Assembly: GCA_973895155.1 (NCBI GenBank)
Contig: OZ316897.1
Coordinates: 12,113,832 to 12,177,831, forward strand
DNA length: 64,000 nt
Direction: 5' to 3'
Source of the DNA: Marsupella aquatica
Taxonomy: Eukaryota > Plantae > Marchantiophyta
Each line of letters opens with the position of its first letter. Position 1 is the first letter of the stretch. The notes beneath the pieces were generated by a model, which saw nothing but the letters and a program-made list of their open reading frames with translations, ran no database searches and had not been told where the DNA came from. Positions 33,815 to 46,475 of this stretch are shown here, piece by piece. The translations under genes and the position numbers were made by a program.

Positions 33815-36445
33815 GCATATGCTCTCACACCTAAACAAAATCGATCTAAACTAGATTCTACTTCCAAGAAGTATCTTTTTCTTGGTTATCAACTAGGTGT
33901 GAAAGGTTACAGGCTATGGGATCCAAAAGCTTGTACATTGCTTGTCAGTAGAGATGTATTCTTTAATGAATCCAGATCATCAAAGGAGGGGGAGGATGCT
34001 CAGGCTTCCCGTACTGACAAAGGTAAATCTCCTATCCTGGACCATGTTGTGGGGGAGATTGGTCATGAGAGTTTTCATGACATAAATGAAGGAGGTGCTC
34101 CGAGAATGGAGCTGGTTCCGGTATTGGAACAAGAGGAGCAGGTTGTTATTGGAATACCTCAAATTCAACCAACAGAACAAGATCAACCAGAATCATCAGC
34201 TAGAAAATTGAGACGTACTACTCGAGCTCCTACAAGGTATGGACAATGGACAGATTCATCAAGGTTAGATGATGTTGACATTGCACCTGAAGATGATGAC
34301 AGAGCACTGATCTTGGAAGAAGGAGAACCTTCTTCTTATCATGAGGCATGCATTTCAGACGAGAAAGATGAATGGAATGCAGCGATGCAGAGGGAGTTGC
34401 AATCTTTAAGTGACAACAGAACATGGGAGCTGGTGCAGCTGCCAAGTGATCAACAAGTGGTGGATAGCAAGTGGATTTACAAGCTGAAGGACAACTCTTC
34501 AGATGGAGGAGACAAGATATACAAGGCAAGGCTTGTTGCCAAGGGATTCACTCAAGAGAAGGGAGTGGATTACAATGAGATCTTCTCTCCAGTTGCCAAG
34601 TATTCCACGATACGAATTTTGTGTCAACTTGTTGTATTTTTTGATCTGGTGTTAGATCAAATGGATGTTGTTACTGCTTTTCTCTATGACATCTTGGAAG
34701 AACAGATTTTCATGAGGCAACCACTGGGCTTTGTGAAGAAGGGCCAAGAGAGTTTAGTTTGCAGGTTGCTTAAGTCCTTGTATGGATTGAAGCAAGCTCC
34801 TCGACAGTGGAACAAGCGGTTTGATGATTTCATGCTTGCACAAGGATTCACTAGGATGATGTATGACCCTTGTGTGTATACGAAATCAGTCAATAATGGT
34901 GTGTTTGGTTTGCTCATTTTGGTGCTCTATGTGGATGACATGTTGATTGCGGCTAAGGATCAAACTGAGGTTGACAAACTCAAAGCAAAATTGAGTTCTG
35001 AATTTCGAATGAAGGATCTTGGGAAAGCCAAAAGGATCTTAGGTATGGAGATTACAAGGAACTTTGAAACTGGACAATTGTGGCTGAATCAAGGCAAGTA
35101 TGCTGAAAAGGTACTTGCAAGATTCAACATGGAAAATTGTAAGCCAGTAAGTATTCCTTTGGCTCCACATTTCAAGTTATCATCGGCTTTCTGCCCCACG
35201 GATCCAGTGGAGAGAGGCTTGATGACTAAGGTTCCTTATGAGAAGGCAGTGGGCAGTCTAATGTATTTGATGACATGTACCAGGCCTGATCTAGCCCTAG
35301 CAATGGGCAAAGTGAGTAGATTCATGTCAAATCCAGGGAAGGTACATTGGGAGGCTGTGAAATGGATTCTCAGGTATCTTAAAGGCACAATAGACTATGG
35401 TCTGTTGTTTGATAGTAAATCAAACAAAACCAAATCATTGGTTGGCTATGTAGATTCTGACTACGGAGGCTGTCTGGAAACAAGGAGGTCAACGACTGGG
35501 TATGTGTTTACTCTTGGAGGAGGATGCATAAGTTGAAGATCTACCTTGCAGAAGTGTGTATCTCAGTCTACTACAGAAGCAGAATATGTTGCAGCAGCAG
35601 AAGCAGCAAAGGAAGCAATTTGGTTGGATAAGCTGGTCACTGAGATGGGATTGGAGCATGAAAAAATGGCTCTTCATTGTGACAGCCAGAGTGCGCTTCA
35701 CCTAGCTATTAACCAGGTGATGGATAGCAGGGTGAAGCACATTGACATCAAGTACCATTTTATTAGACAAGCAGTGTCTGATAAAATGTTTAAGCTAGTC
35801 AAGATTGATGGAAAACTCAACCCGGCTGATGCTTTTACCAAAGTGATTCCTTTGGAGAGTTACTCAAGACACCGTGCTACTTTGCAGGTTTTGCATTTGC
35901 AGCACAAGTAGAGTAACTTAACAAGATGTGATTTCTGTATATGAGTTACTCAATCCTGTTATGGCTACGGCTTAATTCTAGTTAACTCTTAGTTAACCTT
36001 AAATGGTTTTTAGGGGGACACCTATGGTTTTAGGTGATTGTCTAGAATTTCCCGCTGAGTATCTCATATGGATAACAGAAATTGCAGTCCCCAAGACTAG
36101 AGTCAAGGGGGAGTTTGTTAAGGATTGCTCTTAGTCTTGTGACTCAAAGGTTACGGCACTTAGGCTAACCACAGTTAGGGTCTTAGCTGAGGTTAGATTA
36201 GTCGTGTGTGACCTTGTATATGGGCTAGTGTAAGCCACTGGTGAGTGGTGCTTACTCATTTTGTAACAGAGTAACTTGAGGAAGAGGGAGAGCATGTGTG
36301 TTCGTTTACTCTTGAAGTAAAGTTTGAGTGTTTGTGTGGACGTAGCCTTGGAGAAGAGGTGAATCACGTAGAGATTGTGTCGACTACGTGTGCATGGAAT
36401 AAGTCATGGTTGTATGGTCGTTGCGAATGACGTCTTAGTTCAACA
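33815..36445 (+). mobile_element. Ty1/copia LTR retrotransposon, 3' half only (integrase C-terminus, RT, RNase H, PPT, 3' LTR)
   Basis: AYALTPKQNRSKLD...GYQLGVKGYRLWD, YKARLVAKG, QMDVVTAFL, SLYGLKQAPRQW, LYVDDM and STTEAEYVA. Premature TGA at 35534-35536. PPT aagggggag directly precedes the LTR. Confidence 0.92.
36116..36445 (+). repeat. 3' LTR (~330 bp) of the truncated copia
   Basis: Starts TGTTAA after the PPT and ends TTCAACA. Host duplicated-block sequence (gtttgagcatatggc) resumes at 36446. Confidence 0.85.
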
Positions 36446-39400
36446 GTTTGAGCATATGGCTCAAGTCCTCTCATATCCAAATTCAAGTCACCCTCTCCAT
36501 CAAATAGTCTTAGCAATTCCCTCCTCCACTGCTCAGGGTCCCTAAAAGCCACACCAGACAATCATTCAGCACTGAGTTCAGACTTGATGATTCCAACTAG
36601 AATTATCGTATGATCTTTGCATGTATCTCTATCAACACTGGTTCACTGTTTTCGTTGAGACAACTTCTATCTCTGTCAACTCCTTAATAAGTTCCCTTAA
36701 CGCGGGATTTAACTTCAATGGTCCTCCAAACGAATCTTATACAGTAGAACTCAACGGGGATATCATAGAACATCGTGATGACGCCGGTGGTTTCTCCCAA
36801 AATGAATTTCTTATCATGCTCATCGCTATTGCAATGTGCGGGTCCGAATGTCCAGTTTGGGCAATTACAGCTTACAGCATTTCCACGGGATAGTTGCCTC
36901 CCGCCATCTCACCCACTAGCTATGCAACAATTACCCTGTAATCTAAAACTTTCCGACGCGGTCGTCACTACAAACTGCAGACACAGAGTGTCCAGAAATA
37001 TGCTTTTTCTTAATCTAATGCAACATCAGAGTAGACCCTCCTCCAGAATTTTCAGCTAAAACCAATCCCAAGAGAAGAAACGAAAGATTATACCCAGCCC
37101 TGCCGAATAAAAGGCTCGCGAATACGAAACATTTTCTTGGGTTATGTCTGTACAAAACTTCCCACTACAGAGATAATCGAAGTCTCTTCTCCTAATAATT
37201 GGAGAGCCTCTCTGGGAGAATTAATATTCAAAGGAGAAATATTCTGAAGCGACTCAATGGTTTATATGTTCAGCTTCGAAGTTCGGTTGCTCCAAGCACA
37301 CTCTGCCAGTTGTCAATTGTGCAACAAATTATGATTTCATATTCATGATGCACAAAATGGTGCGACTAACTTCCTTTGCGGAGAACCATGAGACCGTGGA
37401 CATATCGAAGCTAGGCAGCATTTACTCAAGAAAAAACGAGGACGGCAACCAACTGAACAACATTTACCTCAACTGATCAAAAAGCATCTCGGAATATCAA
37501 TTGGGGAAAACTTTGATGCACACCTGCACGAGAATTCTGCCAGGAAAGGAACGTCCAAATTGCAATCAAGCCCGACTTACTATAGCTCTGCCTGGCTCTA
37601 AACTACACACAGTTTGTCTTCATTTGCTTATCTCAACGGTTTGAGTAATTTTATCCTTTTCTCCTTTTCATTTCCTCGATTGCAGCCAAGAATTTGATCG
37701 TTTTGGGAGAAAGTACTGAATTATGTACTTCAAGAGAAACAGGCAGTTATCACGTATACATCTGCCCTTGCGTCGAAAGAACAAGATTAGGATCATCCAG
37801 AATGAAACTCTCTAATCCGGATATTCGAAGTAGAATGTCAAGCCGATGGAGAAATCTGTGTGGTCGCAGGCGGGTGCTCGGCAAAAAATGGATCCCGATC
37901 CTTTCAGCTGGAGAAACCAAATCCTGGGGAACTAGATTACCCAACTGTGCTAAATAAATTCTCCAGAATCTCGCTATTCGAAGGAGAAATATGTCAAGCA
38001 TTTGACGAGAAGCTATGACGTTCTGGTCGTCCAGGGACAGCAAATTTGGCAATTACAAAATATGCAAAAGGATCTGCTTATAGCCTGACGCAATAGACGA
38101 AGGTACGACTTACTACTTTAACAGAGATCGATAAGACCATGGACATAGAATCCAGACACAAATTATTGAAGAAAAAACAAGGACAGCAACCAAGTGAACT
38201 CACATGTCGGTGCCATCCACGAGTAACGTCGGGTTCGGAGGGCTTCATGACAGCTTCTCCCATTGGCAAACACATTTCATGATTGTCCAATTGACCTCTC
38301 GGCATATCATTTCGAGAAACATTAATTGAGCAAGTCTGCCACCAAAGGACCGTCCAATAAAGCCCCAATTACTAAAGCTTTGCCTGGTTCTAAACTACGT
38401 GTAGTTTGTCTAGACCAAATAGATTAAGACCGGTCATTCTTTGCATTGGATTCTTCACTCTCCAAATCACAGTGCTTTTCCAAATTCCATCGACCTAAGT
38501 GGGGTTCCCTTGATTGTGCGACAAAACTGCGTAAAGGCTTGTATTTGCATCCCAGGTTGATCGTTGCCCACTAATGAAGAGCATGTCACATTGGGGGAGG
38601 GGGAAATCGAAATTCCTGTTACTAGCAATGAACAATTTCCTCCATTAGCTCCACCTATTGCCACTCGCGCCTGAAGCACCTGAAAGAGTAGACCGAGGTA
38701 ATGTTAGTTACTGCTTGTCTGATTCACATAATAAAACACTTGTAAAGCACTCTGGAATTTCAGAAGCCATGCAATTATTCAGATGAGAAAAACACTGGCG
38801 GCTCTACACTCGAACTCACGGAGGCGTCGTCTTTTTGCTCAATGCTGTACTCAATTCCATGAAGCGACTAAAAATATATAAACCACACAATTCGTAGGAT
38901 GGAATGCAAATAAATGTCTTCGTAAGTCAGATGGAGTTGAAACCGTCGGCCAAAAATCGAAGTTAGAGAATCAAACCAAATGCTCATTCAAATCTCCCCA
39001 GATCACTTACAAGGGCAATCTTTCTTCGCTTCATCATTGTCTTTCAACATGAGAACGCTCATTGAAAACAAGATGAACGATAAGGGTAGTCGCTTCACGG
39101 TTAGAGTCAACGCTTCCAGCTACTTGACTGGACAAAACTGAAACACGCAATTTGCTGCATGTAAAAATGCTCAAGATTGTCCGCAAACACCGAGTATGGT
39201 CCAGAAATCGCGGGTCTAGTAGACGGACATCCTGCCAACAAAACTCCTTCCACCAAGTGGATACCAAGTACTCACGACAACTATTAAATGGAAATGAGAA
39301 TTTCTGAGGGTTGCTCGAGCTCTACCTCACCACATCAGGTTCTTCTGGGTACAGTCCACGCGCTGAACGGTAGACTTCTAGCTGTACTAATTTTGGCCCG

Positions 39401-39506
39401 GAAAGTCATCTGTTCAGAGAGCCTTTCATACCACTTACACCAATGCGCTCCTACATCCTTGGCAGGCAGGCAGCGGTTGTGTGAATCTCTCAAGATCGAC
39501 CACGGT
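36446..39506. repeat. Second copy of the co-duplicated downstream block (Roco copy 3 unit)
   Basis: Matches 19000-22022 from gtttgagcatatggctcaag onward. Confidence 0.9.
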
Positions 39507-42500
39507 TTACATGTCGTTAACCAGATTAGACTTCCTGAACTTCTGATGACAGTCGGTGCAGATCCAAACAACACCATGGAGAGAACCATCGTTGTATGCC
39601 AAACACACCTTTCGAAGTCCTAACTTCTCCTCGTAGGCGTCTGCTGTCAATTTTCCTACTAAATTAGTGATGGCAGCTCTACTCTTTCCATACAAATCCT
39701 GAGGGTTCAAAGGGGGACCAGTAGGATCAAGTCCCATGCCCTCAGTCATCAGCTTATGTAATTCTGGCATTGAGTACTCGGTGGCCCAGACGATTCCATC
39801 TAACACTGATTTTCCTTGCTGTACTTGCTGGAAGTCGGGCAGTAGCAAACCCGTCCCAGGGGCTGCGACATTCGCTACAATTTTTGCAGAGATTAAGAGA
39901 ACTGTGAGCGACACTTTGAGCCACGGGACAAGTGTTTTCAGGGCCGGCTTGAGGTCTGAAACAACCAGGCCCAGCTGGTCCTTGACTTGATGCGGTGTGT
40001 AACTATTGTACCTGGCCTCACATGCAAATTGCAAACGAACATCGACACTTGGTGACAAAGCCTCCTTCAATGTAGCCCTTACACCAGAATCTCGTTTCCC
40101 CAAATAGATGAGGTTTGGGCAGGTTCTGTCCTTGTCTTCTTTCAGAAATCTGTCAGTGTCTTGAAGCTTCCGAAACACCCTTTTCTGCTCCTTCAAAACC
40201 TCTGCAAATCCCTCCACAAGCATCCTTTCAACATTCTTCACCTGCTTGTAGATCTTATCCTGACTGTTCATAATCTTATCCAGCTTCTCATCCATATTGT
40301 CCAGCTTCCTGTTAACAGTTGATAATCTTTGCATCTTCTCGTCAGTTGGGCTTGTAGGTGGATTCGCCATTTCAATGCCATCCGATGCCAGTGCCGGCTC
40401 CTCCACCTTGTCCCCGTCTGTTGAGATATACGACTCTTCAGTTAACTCGGGTGGATAGATTCCCAGGGTGACAGCTTCCTGTAATCCCTGCCTCAAAACA
40501 TTCAGGTCGTTCTTTGCTGACATAATCACATACTTTTTGTCCTTTGTGGACAGCAGCTGATCTTCTGTTATTGCAGAGTCATAGCCGACATGCCACTGCA
40601 TTTTTCTTCCCATGCCATGCACTTGCACCCACTTCTTCACTTCAGCCACTTCCACATTTATGTGCTTCATGTTCCCTTCTTGTCTAGACTGGGAAACCGG
40701 CCAAGGCCAAACCACTTTCTGCACATACTGAACCCCTCCACAAATCTCATTCCACAGGTCCAGGAGTATATTGACCAGATCATCAGCCAGGTTCACTTGG
40801 CAGTTTTTCCTTTGGATCACATCCATCTCGTCTTTCCTGAATTGGGGCTTCACCAAAATGCTGATCTCATCAAATGTGGGAGAGTCTTTTTCGGCGTTAA
40901 CCTCAATCCTTACTTTCATGTAATCCACTGTGAACGTCATGAAATACTTACCAGCAACAAAGTCATTGTCTGGGACATCTCCATTGTTGAACTCTGGCCT
41001 CTGAGCAAGCTGAACCTGAAATCTATGCCACAACGACATTGGTGCTAGAGTCATCTCCTTTTGCTGGTGCTGAATAGAGAAACCCATTACCCACTGCTCC
41101 TGTCCATCATCATGTTTCCTCCTAGACTGCCACCCATCTTCAGGATCCAAATTCCCATCAATAAGAGACGGTATAAACACTTTGTCGTCCTTGCCCTTGT
41201 AGCACAATCCCAACCATAGCAGGATAGCAATCAAATCTTCACATTCTTTGAGACCCCACCTAGCTTGAAAGAACACCTTGAAAGCATACATTGAAATAGA
41301 ACCTGTGGTCGCATCCAGTTTTTTTCTAAAGATATGGTCGCCCTCTGTATGCTTGACCATATCTTCAGAAAGGAACATATTTCCTATAATTTCCTTGCAG
41401 AACCAGTTTGGATTGAGAATAATTAGCCTTGGAGAAGGGATACCCCATTGAGCAGGAAACCTCTTGTCAACGTAGATTAGGACTCCAGCTTCATCCAAGT
41501 ATTTCGTTGCTGATAAAATTGTTTGCTCAGGCCACTCACGTAATTGCTCCTTCTGCATCAATTCTTCCCAACCTAGCACAGGGAACTCCTTACTTGCCTC
41601 ACTCCAAATAGTAAGGCTCGTTTGAATGATGTCACAGATATCCGGAACCATCTGGTGTTCAAGCAATTTTCTGGAATCCTCTATGAGACATGTCTTAAAA
41701 CCATCTACTTTCCATCGTCTCCTAACATCCACTATAAAGGGATCAGTTCGAACATTGAAAATGCCAGTAAACTTATCCCTCTTTTCCATAAGCAGGACCG
41801 CCCAATCTTGGCTGTTTCTCTGTACCTGTTTATCTCCTCCCATGTTGTTCAGGACAACAAAGACATGTCGGGTTTGTCTGGTGGCCTCGTGGTAGCTCGA
41901 TGCAATGTAACGTAACCAGTAATCAAGCTGTTTCTCGACCTCATTTGGTGGACAGCTGGAATTGCAAACAATGACAAATATGGTAGCTGCTCCTTGAGAG
42001 ATGGTAGCGTTCCCATCTGAGAAACTTAAAGCGGGGAAGAAAGCATTGTGCACCAAATGATAATCTTCCTGTCCCGCCATGTCCCAAATGTGGAGTGTTA
42101 TTGGGTTTTGATTTTTCCTCTTGCTGCCTTTGCTGCCGAGTTTGGAGACATCAATGCCTCTTGTGCGGGCCTCCACGTGAGGCTTCCTTTCCCATGTCCC
42201 TAGTGATCGCCAAAGTGCCCTCTTCAATGTATGACAAAGTGTTGTCTTCCCCACTTTTGGATCCCCACAAAGATAAATCTTTCCAAAGGCAGCTGGGACC
42301 ATGGAAGAGCCCGAGAGCCCCGCTAAAATATCCTTGTATCTGGTATTGCGCTTCCTTAACTGCTCATATTGGCGTTCCAATTTTGGAAACATGAACCACT
42401 CAAATTCCACGTTTACAGTGAGAGACTTGTTTAGGGCGAAAGCAGACACTAAAGCAGTGGCGCCTTCTTCAGAAGAGGTTGAAGTTCGCACATAAACGAT

Positions 42501-43196
42501 CTCCAGTGAATCAAGGCGACCAGATTTAAGGGCCTCCACTAACGACAGCAGGCCCACATTTGTGAAACGATTCCCGTCAAGATTCAACTGTTCTAAATTT
42601 GGCATGACGGTGACGTCGCCATATTGGAAGGCGGTTGCCAGCGTAGCCATGTCATCGTCATTGATGCTAGTCTGCCAGAGATAGAGATGGGTCAACTTCT
42701 CCAAATTACCGGATTGAATTGCACGTCCAAGAGCTTCGACGCCTTTGGTTCCTACCGCGTTCCAATCAAAGTCAAGTTTCCTCAAAGATGGAAATTTTGC
42801 TGAAGCCAGAGCATTGCTGACTGCCTCACTACGATCGTCCTCTAACCCGGTTTGGTCAAGCGACAAAGCTTCCAATGCAGACATTTGACCAGTTGCCAGA
42901 GCCTCGGCAAGGATGAAGTGTCCACTCCCAATATCCTGTCGGTCTAGGTCGATGGATGTCACTTGCGTCAGATTGCCGCGCTTGATGGCGTCGCGTAGTT
43001 CCTTCATACTTATAATTTTGATCCGACTGCTGCTGCCAGTGCTAGCCGCCTCAGGCGCGACGTCTTGACGCCCAGCCTGCTGCCCCGATCCAGTTTTATC
43101 ATCGGAGTCACGAAAGTGTTCCCCTCCTGTTCCCTGCGAGTCTTCTTGCGAAGACTCTCCACCCGTCACTCCATTCGCGCCCTCTCTTCGATCCAT
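39507..43196 (-). CDS. LRR-ROC-COR (Roco) protein, TORNADO1-like, copy 3
   Basis: Uninterrupted ORF; first ATG (MDRREG) at 43196; same motifs as copies 2 and 4. Confidence 0.9.
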   Translation of the reverse strand: MDRREGANGVTGGESSQEDSQGTGGEHFRDSDDKTGSGQQAGRQDVAPEAASTGSSSRIKIISMKELRDAIKRGNLTQVTSIDLDRQDIGSGHFILAEALATGQMSALEALSLDQTGLEDDRSEAVSNALASAKFPSLRKLDFDWNAVGTKGVEALGRAIQSGNLEKLTHLYLWQTSINDDDMATLATAFQYGDVTVMPNLEQLNLDGNRFTNVGLLSLVEALKSGRLDSLEIVYVRTSTSSEEGATALVSAFALNKSLTVNVEFEWFMFPKLERQYEQLRKRNTRYKDILAGLSGSSMVPAAFGKIYLCGDPKVGKTTLCHTLKRALWRSLGTWERKPHVEARTRGIDVSKLGSKGSKRKNQNPITLHIWDMAGQEDYHLVHNAFFPALSFSDGNATISQGAATIFVIVCNSSCPPNEVEKQLDYWLRYIASSYHEATRQTRHVFVVLNNMGGDKQVQRNSQDWAVLLMEKRDKFTGIFNVRTDPFIVDVRRRWKVDGFKTCLIEDSRKLLEHQMVPDICDIIQTSLTIWSEASKEFPVLGWEELMQKEQLREWPEQTILSATKYLDEAGVLIYVDKRFPAQWGIPSPRLIILNPNWFCKEIIGNMFLSEDMVKHTEGDHIFRKKLDATTGSISMYAFKVFFQARWGLKECEDLIAILLWLGLCYKGKDDKVFIPSLIDGNLDPEDGWQSRRKHDDGQEQWVMGFSIQHQQKEMTLAPMSLWHRFQVQLAQRPEFNNGDVPDNDFVAGKYFMTFTVDYMKVRIEVNAEKDSPTFDEISILVKPQFRKDEMDVIQRKNCQVNLADDLVNILLDLWNEICGGVQYVQKVVWPWPVSQSRQEGNMKHINVEVAEVKKWVQVHGMGRKMQWHVGYDSAITEDQLLSTKDKKYVIMSAKNDLNVLRQGLQEAVTLGIYPPELTEESYISTDGDKVEEPALASDGIEMANPPTSPTDEKMQRLSTVNRKLDNMDEKLDKIMNSQDKIYKQVKNVERMLVEGFAEVLKEQKRVFRKLQDTDRFLKEDKDRTCPNLIYLGKRDSGVRATLKEALSPSVDVRLQFACEARYNSYTPHQVKDQLGLVVSDLKPALKTLVPWLKVSLTVLLISAKIVANVAAPGTGLLLPDFQQVQQGKSVLDGIVWATEYSMPELHKLMTEGMGLDPTGPPLNPQDLYGKSRAAITNLVGKLTADAYEEKLGLRKVCLAYNDGSLHGVVWICTDCHQKFRKSNLVNDM

Positions 43197-46100
43197 TGGA
43201 TTAACCCGATATCGTACCCTCCGACAGGTTCCTTCCTCTAAATCGCACAAGCAGCTCTGTCGTCAATTGGTCCCAGGAAATTCAAGCGGATCAGTTTGAT
43301 CCAGCCAGTCAATTGCCGCACTCAAATCACCGATGGTCCTGGGTACTTGGTGATAGAACCTCCCACCAGACTTTCTTTATCCTCCAGAATGGTGAAACAG
43401 CTAGAGCAAATTGATTCAGTTCGATGCCTCTCGAAGTCTCTCGAATCCCCGACTGTTGCCAATGCTGATTGGACCGGAGCAGGCCTTTTCTCCCACCAAG
43501 GTGTTGAGGAGAGTACAGAACCACCAGTAGCGCCTGAAACCAGCTCGATTGGAACATGCAAGTCAATGTAACCGTCATTGATGTCGTGTTTCCAACGCTT
43601 TTTATTTCCGGCAAACGCGGGACTCTTCATGTGCATGAGACAGACCTTCGACACTGCATTCGTGAAGACGTTTGGATTTGACTGAAAAGAGGACAAAAGT
43701 TTGGACTAGCAGCATTGATCGTGTAGACAAGGATTGTTTCAAGATGTTGTGAATGATCGATTGAAAATTGACCTACTACGCTAACATATTCAATCCTACG
43801 ACAGAGGGAGACTTGTCTGATTACCGAGACATTACTGACGCATGCTTTGCCGATTTGAGTAAGCTGAAATGGAACGATCCTGATCCCGGCATTGTTTCTG
43901 CCGCACAGGATGATCAACCAAAGAGTGCAATTAATCAGCGGTGAAAATGGGAAATTGAAAGCCAAAATTCTCCAGGGGAATGTTGAGAGCTTGGTGGAGG
44001 CGCAGTTGGTGATGGGGAAACATTAAAATCAAACCGAACTATCAAAGTTTAGTCATGATCGTTCTACCTAGGACACAGGATGTAAATAGAATCTATAGAT
44101 CGAGAGGATGACGACCCAATCCACAGGCCGCGTCCTTCTTAAGAATTCAGATTCGCAAGGCAGATTAAACATTCAGCATAGAGAAGATGACTTACCTGAA
44201 CGAGCAACATACTCGAGGAAATTTTCATCCGGGCTTTCATCCAGTCACGTTGACAAACCAAAGCTTGCCTGAACACTGGCAGCAGCATTCAACTCGGAAT
44301 GAGTTCACGCCTACAACCAAGCACATGGTGGCCGTATAGGAAGTCACTGCACAAGGAGTGGATGTGTCATGGAACCTTTCGTAGTCTCTGCGAATTGATT
44401 TTGGCCATGGATGTTCCCTGGATGTTGTACTACGCACATTTCGTTGCTGATATGCCTGTATATACAACCTAAGGGACAACTGACCCGCAAGCTTTAGAGA
44501 CTTTGCTTCATTTTATTGAAGAGATCAATGTGAAAACCCGTTGCTTGATTCAGATAACTTCTCCGGCTACCTTTTAGATAGACTCATTTTACACCGCTGG
44601 ACTAGCGAAGCCACAGTCCCGTCTCTGGAAGCACGTGATGCGTTTGTTGCAGAACAATATCCGATTTGGGGTTCAGTGACAAAGGCGATCAAAAGAGTAA
44701 AGCGGCAGTAAGTTGCCCGATTTGCAACTACATAACTAACTATTCCTCGACTTCAAAACTTCAGAGAAATTCAGGGACTCCTTCCATTTTGTGAACATTA
44801 TAGTAAGAGACTTCTCTACTTCTCATGAGAATAGCTTGTCACAACAGTGATAGAGGAGGGTATGTCTGGATGCTGTAGAAGTTCACTTCTAGTAGTAGAT
44901 TCGATGTGAACGCCAAAATAATATTCGATCCGATGTTGTTGACCGAGCTATCCACGAGCTCACAAAGGACCTGTCCTTCATGATTGTGCTCCCGAACAGT
45001 AGTTCCAGACTTGCAGGTCAGCTTGGGAAACGGCAGAAGTGCAGAGAGTACCTTTCTACCGATGTCATTAATAATCCAGTAACAAGGTGTACTGTTGCAG
45101 CCTGATTTTAATTTGTCTTTTCTTAAACCGAAACCTTCTGACAAGTATAAGAAACCATTGTCCAAGCTAATTTGACCGAATTGCGGTCTTTCCAGGAGCT
45201 GCTAAAGTGGCACATAGATGCACACCTGACTTCCATGCAAGTTGGAGTGGTGGGGTCTCGCCACAGCTTGCCAAGTTACTGTAGGGGCTCGCAGTCAGGA
45301 TTGGTGACAGAAAAGGCCATGGGTAAGGAGGAGCATTGGACCCGGTGGAATCTAGAGGGGCGGCAAAATAATATCTCTCATCGTACTAACTTTTAAAGAG
45401 CGAAGAGAAGCTAGTGTTGGGGTCTAGGGGTTAGGGTGAGACGTGAGGAGTTCAACTGGACATATCCTATCGTCTGGCGTGTACCTCTTTCAACACGTTA
45501 ATAAAAAGCGCGGGACCCCACAATAAAAACCGGTGGAATGGTGGGCTCCTGAGACAACTTGCCAAGTTACTGTAGGGCCTCGCAAGTCACGCTGATGACC
45601 AAAAAAGGTCATGGGTTCTTAGGATGACTGGGCCCGGTGGAATCTAAAGGAGTTGGGTGACGAAGAGCCTACGGTAGGTAGCAGCATCATTCTACCTAGT
45701 CTTCAGGGCGGCAAAGTACTAACAATCGAGGGATTTGCTTAATCAGCTTTTTATCAACCTGTCCCCTAACTTGCCTAAATTTCTAAGGTGTCCCCCAAAC
45801 AAATTTACTTGCTTCCCTGCCCCCCATACCTTATCCGGGTTAGTACTAACCCAACTTTGGGTTCCCAGTGCCAGGTGTCATGGTGTGATTGGCCCAGACT
45901 AACCTGCTTGAGTTAAGCTTCCCCCTCCCTGTGGCGGCCCATTTTGGAAGCAGGCTTCGCTTCGCTTTAGACCCGGGAGGAAGCACAGCCCGAATACACA
46001 GCCCTTGCAAAATTCAGCCCTCCCCACTTTAATGCAGCCTGAGCACGCAGCATCTACTTCCCGGCCCCGTTAAGGGTCGTGGGGTTTTCTTAATGCCTCT

Positions 46101-46475
46101 CGGCTTACCACATCTTGCCACATGTGCTGCTTTATATCTCATTATTTTTGGTCATATTTGGGGTGTATTTATACGCATGACACAAATACTTGAATACTGA
46201 GAAATCCCATAGTGGGGGATAAGACTTTATTCATATGTAATGCAAAAATTACAATGACTCGACAGAGTCTAAAAAATGAATCCCCAGAAGGAGTTCTTGA
46301 CAACAATTAGTTGTCTAAAGAATATAAGTCTATAATCTGGCAGCAATCCCGAGTCTGGTGCAATCTATAATATGCTGACTAAAACTATCTACAATCTGTC
46401 ATGCTAAAGTCTCAATGCCTCATGCTAATATGTGCCTCCGTCAATGTCTATAATGCCTCAAAGGCTAACATGTAA

